In this document: one piece after another, positions 20,676 through 29,859 of the stretch | Layout: the number at the start of each line of letters is the position of its first letter | Numbering within the stretch: position 1 is the stretch's first letter | Assembly: GCF_000775285.1 (NCBI RefSeq) | Contig: NZ_JJML01000026.1 | Location: forward strand, 56,151 to 120,150 | Direction: 5' to 3' | Origin: Neosynechococcus sphagnicola sy1 | Lineage (GTDB): Bacteria > Cyanobacteriota > Cyanobacteriia > Neosynechococcales > Neosynechococcaceae | DNA length: 64,000 nt | Made by a program: the position numbers and the translations under genes | Notes under the pieces: model-generated | Seen by the model: only the letters and a program-made list of their open reading frames with translations | The model's database searches: none | What the model was told of the DNA's origin: nothing

Positions 20676-21447
20676 ATGTTAGCTAAACGAATTTTACCCT
20701 GCCTGGATGTGAAAGCGGGTCGGGTAGTGAAGGGGGTGAACTTTGTCGATCTCCGGGATGCTGGCGATCCGGTGGAACTGGCGCAAGCCTATAATCAGGC
20801 CGGAGCCGATGAGTTGGTATTCCTAGACATCACGGCCACCCATGAAGATCGCGGCATCATCCTGGACGTGGTTCACCGTACTGCCGAGCAGGTCTTTATT
20901 CCCCTGACGGTAGGGGGCGGGATTCAAAATTTAGACACCATTAAGCATTTGTTGCGAGCCGGAGCTGACAAGGTCAGTATTAACTCCGCCGCAGTCCGCG
21001 ACCCCGATCTGATTAATCGAGCCAGTCAACGATTTGGTAATCAATGTATTGTCGTCGCCATTGATGCGCGCCGACGAAGCGATCCAGCTCATCCGGGTTG
21101 GGATGTCTATGTCCGGGGAGGGCGAGACAATACCGGCATTGATGCCGTGCAGTGGGCACAGGAAATGGAGCAACGGGGGGCTGGGGAATTATTGATCACC
21201 AGCATGGATGCCGATGGTACTCAAGCAGGGTATGACTTAGAGCTGACCCGCCAGATTGCCGAAAAAGTTCAGATTCCCGTCATTGCCTCGGGGGGGGTCG
21301 GGCACCTGCGATCATATTCAGGCGGCATTGACGGAGGGTAGGGCAGAGGCCGCCCTCCTCGCCTCTTTGCTCCATTACGGTCAGTTGACGGTGGCTGAGA
21401 TCAAAGCCCATCTGGGGGCTCATGGTGTACCAGTGCGTACTTACTAG
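20676..21447 (+). CDS. hisF: imidazole glycerol phosphate synthase cyclase subunit HisF; split by a 1-nt insertion in a G8 run (21290-21297)
   Basis: [23 protein letters not shown]...IPVIASGG| then ..[45 protein letters not shown]. Reading the run as G7 makes it contiguous. Confidence 0.9.
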
Positions 21448-21475
21448 GTTTGGCCGGAGCAGTGATCGGATTTCA

Positions 21476-22063
21476 CTAAAATGCAGATTCTTCGAGATCA
21501 TCAAGGGGTGATTTTAATCCAAAATACTTCTGGATGGAAATCCCTATGGTGGCATCCCCTAAAGGCCACTGATCACCCAGCATGTATTGCCGATGATCCC
21601 AAATTGTCCGCAGATCCTTTTCCTTGGCCAGAAGTTCTTCTGGAGCTAACAGCTCCAGATGTTCATTGTATTTAAATATTTCCCGTGCCCTGTCAAAATT
21701 TTCCTCTGAAAACAAGGCTAGATCTTCCCAGGGCTCTGGTTCTCCCTCAACCCATTCCCAGGTAGATTGGCAACCGTCGAAAGACCAGCATAGTTTTCGT
21801 AGGATGTTTCCTTCCTTGGAATGTTCATATTCCAGTTGATCATTGCTGGTGTCTACACAAATAAAAATAGTTTCGCCAAATTGCAACGAGATCTCGGTTG
21901 TGAAGTAAGTTCCAGGTTCAAACAGTCCATCTAAATAGCTATCCCCAAAATCGCATACCACCCATTCCGAGTCAGGAATCCTACTGACTTGGCTAAAACG
22001 GTCTTTGAGGTTACTTTCAGTCGCTGGCGTTTTAATAAAAAACGCATTATAGAAGAGGCTCAT
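21476..22063 (-). CDS. hypothetical protein (AT-rich, acidic, Trp-rich; no recognisable domain)
   Basis: 195-aa ORF. Composition and codon usage are atypical for this genome. It lies immediately downstream of the stand-alone HD hydrolase on the same strand. Confidence 0.4.
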   Translation of the reverse strand: MSLFYNAFFIKTPATESNLKDRFSQVSRIPDSEWVVCDFGDSYLDGLFEPGTYFTTEISLQFGETIFICVDTSNDQLEYEHSKEGNILRKLCWSFDGCQSTWEWVEGEPEPWEDLALFSEENFDRAREIFKYNEHLELLAPEELLAKEKDLRTIWDHRQYMLGDQWPLGDATIGISIQKYFGLKSPLDDLEESAF

Positions 22064-22291
22064 TTTGCTTTTTCCCTTGCAACGATGCAGATGGGCGTCG
22101 CATCCAATTTCTAGGTTTGCGACTGATTGACCTTGTGCTTGCAGGAGATAGTCAAGACTTGATTCATAGCCCCATTTTATCTGATCAGAAATAGGTTATC
22201 AGTATGCCCGATAGATGATTGTCTGGCTCCGGATCTGCGCCGGACTCCTATTCCTCCCGACGCTCACCTGCGGTAGAGCACGGGGCTGCTG

Positions 22292-22876
22292 CTACTTTAG
22301 CTGAACTTTGTGCTCCAATTCAGTAACCACCTGATCTAAGCGTTCCACCAAGGGAGTCAGTCCCTTGGCCTTAAAGGCAGCTACCAATGAACGGTAATAC
22401 CAAAGGGTTCCATCCTTCTTACCATTGAAGCGGTTCCAGAGTTCATCGCCTAATGCGTTGTAATCTCGCAAGATCGACAGAGCATTATGCAGTTTGTCTG
22501 CGGCTGAAACGAGACGGACAGATGGACTGGCAGATTTGATATGGGTAATATAGGCTAACTTGAGATCTTTCCAAGGTAATTTGGTTTCTCCCTGACTGGT
22601 ATCTGCAACCGAATCGCTACACCCCTTCACGATCGCGGCAACTGTATCCCCGAATTGTTCCCGAATCGCCTCCAGGGTTGGCAACCCGCCCTGATCTTCC
22701 ACCGCATCATGGAGTAAAGCAGCGATCGCTTCATCTTCAGTAGCTCCATGCTCTAGAGCAATCATCGAAACTGCCATTAAGTGAGAAATATAGGGGGTGG
22801 CTGTGCCTTTGCGGGTCTGTTTGCTATGTAACGATGCAGCATATTCCAAAGCGTTATTGTAGCGATCACTCACCAT
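22292..22876 (-). CDS. stand-alone RelA/SpoT-type HD-domain (p)ppGpp-hydrolase-like protein (small alarmone hydrolase-like)
   Basis: 194 aa. HD hydrolase signature of the RelA/SpoT family (YISHLMAVSMIALEHGATEDEAIAALLHDAVED...VRLVSAADKLHNALSIL). No synthetase, TGS or ACT domains. Confidence 0.65.
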   Translation of the reverse strand: MVSDRYNNALEYAASLHSKQTRKGTATPYISHLMAVSMIALEHGATEDEAIAALLHDAVEDQGGLPTLEAIREQFGDTVAAIVKGCSDSVADTSQGETKLPWKDLKLAYITHIKSASPSVRLVSAADKLHNALSILRDYNALGDELWNRFNGKKDGTLWYYRSLVAAFKAKGLTPLVERLDQVVTELEHKVQLK

Positions 22877-23085
22877 GGGGAACCTCCTGTAAATGCAAAA
22901 CCCCCAGCGATGGCTAGGGGTCTATGGATACTTTTGGGGCAGGAAACCTGGGAACGGGCAAAGGTCTGGAGTGGGTTCACTTTCACGGCACGTTTCTCTG
23001 ACTGCCTACTTTTTTACTGTAACCATATTTTGAAGCTCTAGGGATATCGACCACCCGATCTGATGCCTAATTTAGTGCCATTGTC

Positions 23086-23721
23086 TCAGAGATAGATCAT
23101 ACTCCGACGGCTCTCAAAGTCATGTGTGGTTACGATTTCGGCGATCGCCCGCACGATCTTTGCCCCGCCTAGCTCTGATGGTTCGATGGGTGAAATAGGG
23201 GAGTAATCTGACGGCTGATCAAACATCACCCTCAGATCGATGACTGGCATTCCGGCTAAGAACGCTTCGCGGAAGATCACTTCATTGAATCCACCTAATG
23301 CGGCTTGCTCTGCGGCTCCCAGCCCAGGAATGGTGTCGTAAATGCTGCAAACTGCGGTGGGTTTCCCAACCGTGGAGAGCGATCTGAGCATCGCCCGATA
23401 GGAACTCTGAAAGTCCGTGTGGATTTTGTGGATGCGGCTCAGTGCTGCCCCTACCGTCAAAGTCATTGCCGAGAGGATACTGCTGGCGCTCAAGGCATCG
23501 TTGCCCCCCACGCTGACGACTAAGTGTGTCGTGTCTGAAGGCAGCTTCTTGAGCTGGGTGGCGACATCGGCAGTGATATTACCGTCCACCGCCAGCAAGG
23601 ATGCAATCCACCCTGGGGGAAGTGTTTGGCGGAGTTGATGAATTACGGGCGATCGGTCTGGGACGTAGCGGGCATTATCGAAGATGGAGTCCCCCACCAG
23701 TACTACATGTCCCATGTACAA
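23086..23721 (-). CDS. SGNH/GDSL-family hydrolase
   Basis: 211 aa. N-terminal GDS block (VVLVGDSIFDN), VGGND block, and a C-terminal catalytic D..H region. Confidence 0.6.
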   Translation of the reverse strand: MYMGHVVLVGDSIFDNARYVPDRSPVIHQLRQTLPPGWIASLLAVDGNITADVATQLKKLPSDTTHLVVSVGGNDALSASSILSAMTLTVGAALSRIHKIHTDFQSSYRAMLRSLSTVGKPTAVCSIYDTIPGLGAAEQAALGGFNEVIFREAFLAGMPVIDLRVMFDQPSDYSPISPIEPSELGGAKIVRAIAEIVTTHDFESRRSMIYL

Positions 23722-24279
23722 CTCCAGCAGATTTGAGGCTGAACTTTTGTTTCCAAGATTTTAATCCTTCAGTTCACTCCGGAGGTATAGCGGTTCCAGA
23801 TCGTCCATTAAAAGCTCAGCGATCGCCCTTCCTCAATCAGCTAATGTGCTCCAGTAGTACCTGATTAATATCAATTTGATAGCCAATTGCTCCAATGTAG
23901 CAAATCCTGCGGGAAACCCCGGACTATAGATGTGAATTTTGTTGACTTAAGAGCGGTTCAGTGTCGGGATGAATTGGCAAGCCCGTGCTGTATTGCCCAG
24001 TATATGCCTTTGGCGGAGCGTTGGCATAGCCTGCCGCAGGCATAGCTTTACAGCATCGGGTAGTTAACGCATTCTATTTCGCCCATTCTCGGACTTCATC
24101 TGAAAGTCCGAGAATGTTTCGAGTTGCTTAGCCAGCTTATCGGTTTGCTTTGACGTGCCCTACCCCTTAATTACGGCATTTAGAAAATAAGCTAATCAGC
24201 ATTTATTTTTTCGAGACGATCACCATGATGCATGGGTTTTGCGCCTAGTTTCATGCAGTTTGGACGCGCAACAGCTTAA

Positions 24280-25245
24280 TTAGCTTCCACTAACCCATTG
24301 GTTGGAGCTATTGAGTATCATCGTCTTCTCAAAGACTCCTACCTCATACATGACTGGAGCAGTTCGGGTCACTGTCTTTATATCTAGAACATCTCCTACT
24401 CTTCTTTCAGTGGCAGCTCCAACCCAATATACGGGAGTGGGTGTAAAAAAGTGCTGTAAATTTGGACCAGCTTGTTCAACAAATGTGCCGACTCCTGACA
24501 TTCCTATTCCTACCGAGAACTTGAGGTCAGGTAGATTACCCAAGTCGTTGATGACTAATGTTCCCTTATTTTCTGGATCTAGCTGTGGCGTACTCAGAGT
24601 TGGTGAACCTGCTGAATTATAGCCAAAAGTTGTTGAATTCAATGTTGTTGGATTTGCGTCCCTTGGCCCACTTGCCTTGTACTTGATTCCAGGCTTGAGG
24701 ATACCTGTATCACCCCAGACAAAATTGTAATCAATAAACCACTGGAATTCTATTGAATCCTGAGGAGCAATTGGATAAGGGCTGGCAAACCAAGCAAGTG
24801 ATAACATCGTGGATGTCTGTTTCGGCAATGTCTGGTAGACATATAAAACCCAATCCCGCCCTGAGTTGTTTTGGAGAGTCAAAAAATAGGGTTGAGCAGC
24901 TGCGACATCAAGATGGGGCGGTCGGTAGGCAATTGTGGTTACCAAACTCCCTTCGCCTGTGGTTACCAAACCCTCTTGATTGCTGCTTTCACACCCTGGT
25001 CCTTTTTGGCACGTAGACCTTGCATGGACATAGGGGGAACATGCATCATGCCCGTGATCTTTTAGCTTTTGCTTGAGCGCACGCACCGCGTCGTCTTTCG
25101 CAGCGTTGCACGCTTCTTCGCTACAGCCATCTCGTTCCCGATGTTCCTCCCATGAAGGGCAGCCTTTGGGGGCACTCCCTCCCACAAATGCTGTTGCTGA
25201 CATCCATCTGCCATTTGTGCTTGTTGTAGATTGTGTTGTTTCCAT
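24280..25245 (-). CDS. ORFan protein: Cys-rich N-terminal region plus Ser/Thr/Asn/Gly-rich beta-type C-terminal domain (AT-rich gene)
   Basis: 321-aa ORF. Eight Cys in residues ~28-90 (GCPSWEEHRERDGCSEEACNAAK...HDACSPYVHARSTCQKGPGCE). No signal peptide or TM. Low GC relative to its neighbours. Confidence 0.4.
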   Translation of the reverse strand: METTQSTTSTNGRWMSATAFVGGSAPKGCPSWEEHRERDGCSEEACNAAKDDAVRALKQKLKDHGHDACSPYVHARSTCQKGPGCESSNQEGLVTTGEGSLVTTIAYRPPHLDVAAAQPYFLTLQNNSGRDWVLYVYQTLPKQTSTMLSLAWFASPYPIAPQDSIEFQWFIDYNFVWGDTGILKPGIKYKASGPRDANPTTLNSTTFGYNSAGSPTLSTPQLDPENKGTLVINDLGNLPDLKFSVGIGMSGVGTFVEQAGPNLQHFFTPTPVYWVGAATERRVGDVLDIKTVTRTAPVMYEVGVFEKTMILNSSNQWVSGS

Positions 25246-25436
25246 GAAACATTTTCCTCCTTTCTAGGGGTATGAATTTTCTATCTAATTCGTCGCAACC
25301 AAGGCGATCTTTTCATGTTTAGAATGAGAGTTTTTCTCTTTTTTTCTCTGGATCGCTCATGAATCAATAATGAGGATTTTGTGTTCTCAACACCATTAAA
25401 GTTTGCAATTTTAAGAAAAAATCAAGGATTTAGCCT

Positions 25437-25583
25437 TAGAGGATGTTTTAAAAGGGTCGTCTTGAGCCTCAAATACGACTCAGTGGTGCAATCTAAAATC
25501 CATAAACCCTGATTCTGTCGTAGCGGTCTCTAGGTGGTCTGAGTGGTTGGATACACCCAGGAAGACTTTTAAAACATCCTCTT
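25437..25583. repeat. MITE-like element or long hairpin: ~20-bp near-perfect terminal inverted repeats flanking a ~95-bp core
   Basis: Left arm TTAGAGGATGTTTTAAAAG (25437-25456). Right arm CTTTTAAAACATCCTCTTAA (25563-25583), which is its reverse complement. The element lies inside a 1.2-kb AT-rich non-coding stretch. Confidence 0.45.
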
Positions 25584-26510
25584 AAAAATATTCCAAACCT
25601 AGGCTCTGTCTCGGTTGTAAATATCGAAGATCTAGTTATCTTTTCACCATTTCTAGAAGAGTTTTTTAACTTTATAAAAATCCCAAAGTTAAGGAATTTA
25701 CTTCTGATTTTCTTTTAGCAAAAGCATGCAGGTTTGAAATATCACATCTCCTGCTCCTAGATATAGAGACTATTATCAGCAGCATAAAATGTAACCATCT
25801 CAGGGTAGTACGGAGTTGATCGACTGGTGGACAGACTCATCCATGCTAGACTCCTAACTTTTGTGACGATTACCTGTCTCCAATCAGGCAGGTTAATCCT
25901 TTTGGCTGATTGATCTATCTCCAAGAGTATTTTTAACTGAAAACTTCAGAAGCTAAATACAGCAGGGCTTTAAGGCACTTCCGATAGGCACTTAGCAGCG
26001 GCTAAAGAAGAGAGCATTATTGAGGATTTTTAAATTTTGGATTTCTATTCTCTGAGCCTTTTATTACAAAAAATTATGGATATTTCAGAGAATAATGCAA
26101 AGCATAATCGTCAGAACTTACGTATCAAAAGTCGCTTTTATAACATTCTCATGGATTTAACTCTGGCTGGCGAATGATTAGTGTTTGATTTTTCTCTGGC
26201 CGAAGATATTTAGCTTCTTTATCAGTTCGAAAAACCTTTACTTTTCAATGATTTTTTCATGCTTAATGTGGGTTCGGCGAATTCAAACAATAGACAATAG
26301 TTAGGTAGCAGAATTGCCAGCCCAAAGGATATTTATCGTGCGCTGAGACCGAAGTCTCAGTAGAAATATAAAGATATCAGCATCAATTTTTACTCTTTAC
26401 CTGGGTAAGAGGTCTAGGGTAGATTGCTCCTTAACTTCCACTAAACCGACTGATTCTGGTTGAACCCTGGAACATCAAACAAAATTTTCTCGATCTTTTA
26501 TGAATCAATA

Positions 26511-27980
26511 ATGCAATCCCAATCGAGAAACCATGGGCGACGGCGAGGAGTTACTCTGACGGCTCGAGGCTCCAGGAAACTCAATCAGGCAAAAGCTAAT
26601 GCAGAAATTGAGCACAACTTTAAATACACACTCGAATCTCTCAGTGAGGAAACAGGTTTAACCTCCACGACCCTCAGCAAAATCTTTACCGGCTCGGCAG
26701 GCGTCGATAAGCGAACTTTGAAGTGCTGTTTCGCTGCTTTTAATCTCACCTTGTTAACGGAGGATTACCTCTACCTCAAACCTGCTCCCAACACTATTGC
26801 CGAGATTGGTTCTGGGCAAGCACCTGAAGCCTTCTTCAACCTTGATCCTGACTGCGATTCTCCTTCAGAGATGCTGCGCGAACCTAGGAATACCCCTCAA
26901 ACCCACAACATGGATCGACGACAAGACAAGCTGCAACCGCGTCTCCCAACCACTCCGGGCGGTCAGATGCCCCTAAGTTCAGTCTTTTACATTGACCGAC
27001 CCATCCTCGAATCTCTCTGTTATGAAGCTATTCAGCAACCTGGGGCGCTGCTAAATATCCGTGCCCCCAAGCAAATGGGCAAAACCTCCCTGATGACACG
27101 GATACTGGCTTACGCGAACACGCAAGGCTCTCTCACGGTTTCCCTGAGTTTGCAACTCGCAGATGCCGAGATTTTACAAAGCCTTGAAAGCTTCCTTAAA
27201 TGGTTCTGTGCCAGAGTCAGTCGGCAGTTGGGTGTGTCAAATGCGATCGCCGATTTTTGGGATCATTCCTTAGGCGGCAAATCAAATGCCACCGACTACT
27301 TCGAGGATGTTCTCTTAACCAACCTCGCTTGCCTGCTGGTGATGGCAATTGATGAACTCAATCAGCTTTTTGCCTACCCGGACATTGCTCGTGAATTTCT
27401 CTTACTGCTGCGAACCTGGTCTAAGCTAGCTAAAGCAAGGGTTCCAGATAGAAATCCTTGGTTTAAGCTCCGACTCGTAACGGTTTATTCCACTGAAATC
27501 TTGATGCCGCTCTCGATCAATCCCGCCCTCTTGAACACAGGGGTAGTGATCAACTTACCTGAATTTACCACTGCTCAGGTACAGGATCTATCAGAACGAT
27601 GTGGACAGGAGATCACCGCCCGACAAATCAAGCAATTAATTACCCTTTTGGGAGGACATCCCTATCGCTTGCAATTGGCATTCTATCATCTACAGCAGCA
27701 GACGATCACCCTGGAAGTACTGTTAGAAAACTCTGAGGTTGACTTGGCAATCTATGCTGAACATTTACAACAGCAGTGGTGGAACCTGCAACGCTATCCT
27801 GACTTATGGACAGTGTTTACCCAGATTGTCAGGCAGTTAGATCCAGTGGATTGCGGGGCCGAGGAAGGCTCCCAGTTACAACAGCTGGGCTTGGTACATC
27901 TGCAAGGGTTTCAGGCAAGCCTCGCTTGCGAGCTATTTCGTCCATTTTTCCGCAAGCGGCTGCCGGATCCAATCATCTAA
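26511..27980 (+). CDS. HTH (XRE-like) plus AAA-like domain ATPase (STAND-type NTPase family abundant in cyanobacteria)
   Basis: ORF 26460..27980. Probable start at MQSQSR. N-terminal helix-turn-helix (TLESLSEETGLTSTTLSKIFTG). P-loop NTPase (NIRAPKQMGKTSLMTRIL) with Walker B-like hhhhDE (LLVMAIDELNQ). Long helical C-terminus. Confidence 0.6.
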   Translation: MQSQSRNHGRRRGVTLTARGSRKLNQAKANAEIEHNFKYTLESLSEETGLTSTTLSKIFTGSAGVDKRTLKCCFAAFNLTLLTEDYLYLKPAPNTIAEIGSGQAPEAFFNLDPDCDSPSEMLREPRNTPQTHNMDRRQDKLQPRLPTTPGGQMPLSSVFYIDRPILESLCYEAIQQPGALLNIRAPKQMGKTSLMTRILAYANTQGSLTVSLSLQLADAEILQSLESFLKWFCARVSRQLGVSNAIADFWDHSLGGKSNATDYFEDVLLTNLACLLVMAIDELNQLFAYPDIAREFLLLLRTWSKLAKARVPDRNPWFKLRLVTVYSTEILMPLSINPALLNTGVVINLPEFTTAQVQDLSERCGQEITARQIKQLITLLGGHPYRLQLAFYHLQQQTITLEVLLENSEVDLAIYAEHLQQQWWNLQRYPDLWTVFTQIVRQLDPVDCGAEEGSQLQQLGLVHLQGFQASLACELFRPFFRKRLPDPII

Positions 27981-27984
27981 TGCC

Positions 27985-28941
27985 CTAGCCTCTCGACTCG
28001 TTCTCCGCCAAGGCATTGGCATCAAACCAACTCGCCCGCCAGGCATCCTCAGCCGCAGCGATCGCCCGCTCCTGCTGTTTTCGCTGATATTGTCCCTCCA
28101 AGGAAGAGAGTTGGGCAGACAAGCTCCGGATATGGTTGCGCCAGGACTTCACCGTAGCATCGGCGAATTCAATTTCCGCCAATCGGAGATGCACCGCCAC
28201 AATCCGCAATGGTAGAGCCTTGAGAAAAGAAATTTCTTCAGTATCGCCCTTGTCAGAACTTAAATCCGCAATGGCATCCAGGGTGAGATCGAGAATATTG
28301 GGGGGACTGGCAACGGTTTCGGTTACAGCATCGGTTTTTACGGCCATTTCTAGTAATGGTTCTGGAAGTCGCGGGGGTAAAATTTCCAACTGCTGCAAGT
28401 GGCGATTGACCTCCAGGGACACCTGACGGAGGGTGTGGGCGATCGCCTGTTCCAGGTGTTCTTGCCATTGCAGCAGTTCTCTAGGATCGGTGACGGGTTG
28501 GGGGGTAGTGTTCTGCGGCAATTCTGGAAGCTCCGCTATCTCCTTACTTGGTAAATCAGCGCTCTCTGGGGCAGCCTCTGCCACCTCCGGGTTAAAAAAT
28601 GCTTCGGGTTCAGTGGCAACCGGGAGAGGTGCTGTTATGGGTGGCAACGGAGTCATCCCTGGGGGATCTAATTGTTGCGTCAGATGGTGTTGGGCCTCTT
28701 TCGCCACTACCAGCAACGCTTGTTGCAGTTTTTGCCGCTGGCTGAATGAAAGTTGTAAAAAGGCCTGGGGAAAAGATTGGGTACAGATATAGTAACTAGC
28801 TAGGATGAGTTGCTGTCGGACAGACTGTCCCAGAGCTGCTAAATACTGCCCATAGCAGTGATAAAGCTGATCGGCGATTGCCGCGATCGCCAGCTTTAAC
28901 TCTGAAATATCTCGATCAATTCGCTCAACCGATCGCCCCAT
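27985..28941 (-). CDS. hypothetical protein (helical, Pro/Glu-rich central region)
   Basis: 318-aa ORF with good coding potential and no recognisable domain. Confidence 0.4.
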   Translation of the reverse strand: MGRSVERIDRDISELKLAIAAIADQLYHCYGQYLAALGQSVRQQLILASYYICTQSFPQAFLQLSFSQRQKLQQALLVVAKEAQHHLTQQLDPPGMTPLPPITAPLPVATEPEAFFNPEVAEAAPESADLPSKEIAELPELPQNTTPQPVTDPRELLQWQEHLEQAIAHTLRQVSLEVNRHLQQLEILPPRLPEPLLEMAVKTDAVTETVASPPNILDLTLDAIADLSSDKGDTEEISFLKALPLRIVAVHLRLAEIEFADATVKSWRNHIRSLSAQLSSLEGQYQRKQQERAIAAAEDAWRASWFDANALAENESRG

Positions 28942-29072
28942 GATGCAATCATCCGCTCACTGGATAGCAACCTACAGCGGGAAACGTTGGATAGGGTAGA
29001 CACCAGAAACCAGAATTTACCATTCTCCTGATTTCTAAATTCCCCATTTCCCTGCTTCCCGCCTTCAGTCAG

Positions 29073-29813
29073 CTATTTCTTCTTTTTGCTGGTTTTTTTA
29101 TCTTCCGGAGCTGGTTCTGGGCTAGGCGCTGGTTCTGGACTGGGAGCGGGTGCCGCTTGTTGACCCATCTGAGCTGCGACTTCATCGGCAAAGTTTGACT
29201 CTTCCTTCTCAATGCCCTCACCCAAGACAAACCGGGCAAAGCGTCGTACCTGGATATTCTCACCCAGTTGGGAGATCGCCTGCTTCACCAGCTCATCCAC
29301 GGTGATGTTTTGATCACGAATGTAGGGCTGATCCATCAAGGACAGTTCCTTCAAGCGCTTTTCAATCCGCCCTAGAACAATCTTTTCCTTGATATTTTCA
29401 GGCTTCCCAGAGAGGTCATCACGACCCATCTCAACGGCTTTCTCCCGCTCTGCAATGTCTGCGGGAATATCACTCACCTTCACGTACTCCACATTCTGGC
29501 AGGCTGCAACCTGCATGGCAATGTTTCGCACCAGGCTCTGAAACTCTTCCCGACGGGCAACAAAGTCGGTTTCACAGTTGACTTCAACCAGGACGCCCAC
29601 CCGGCCTCCAGTGTGGATGTAGCTACCCACAAGCCCCTCAGCCGCAACGCGCCCGGTCTTTTTCTCAGCCGAGGTGATGCCCTTTTGCCGCAGCCATTCC
29701 ATGGCCTTGGTCATGTCACCCTCATTTTCCTTGAGGGCTCGCTTGCAATCCATCATCCCTGCGCCAGTCTTTTCGCGCAGTTCTTTGACGAGCTGTGCTG
29801 ATATGTCTGCCAT
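29073..29813 (-). CDS. tsf: translation elongation factor Ts, with Pro-rich repeat ([15 protein letters not shown]) and poly-Lys C-terminal tail
   Basis: [27 protein letters not shown] (UBA-like N-terminus) and the EF-Ts core. The C-terminal ~30 aa are not part of the canonical EF-Ts core. Confidence 0.95.
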   Translation of the reverse strand: MADISAQLVKELREKTGAGMMDCKRALKENEGDMTKAMEWLRQKGITSAEKKTGRVAAEGLVGSYIHTGGRVGVLVEVNCETDFVARREEFQSLVRNIAMQVAACQNVEYVKVSDIPADIAEREKAVEMGRDDLSGKPENIKEKIVLGRIEKRLKELSLMDQPYIRDQNITVDELVKQAISQLGENIQVRRFARFVLGEGIEKEESNFADEVAAQMGQQAAPAPSPEPAPSPEPAPEDKKTSKKKK

Positions 29814-29859
29814 TGTGTTTTAGTTCCTACTTCGCTAAATTGACAGGTTTCAGTGATGC

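Noticed and set aside
25359-26507. 14-nt direct repeat ATGAATCAATAATG at 25359 and 26494, flanking the AT-rich non-coding block (possible target-site duplication or att sites)
   Set aside because: In 64 kb of sequence, several 14-mer coincidences are expected by chance, especially in AT-rich DNA. No integrase or transposase gene lies between the copies.
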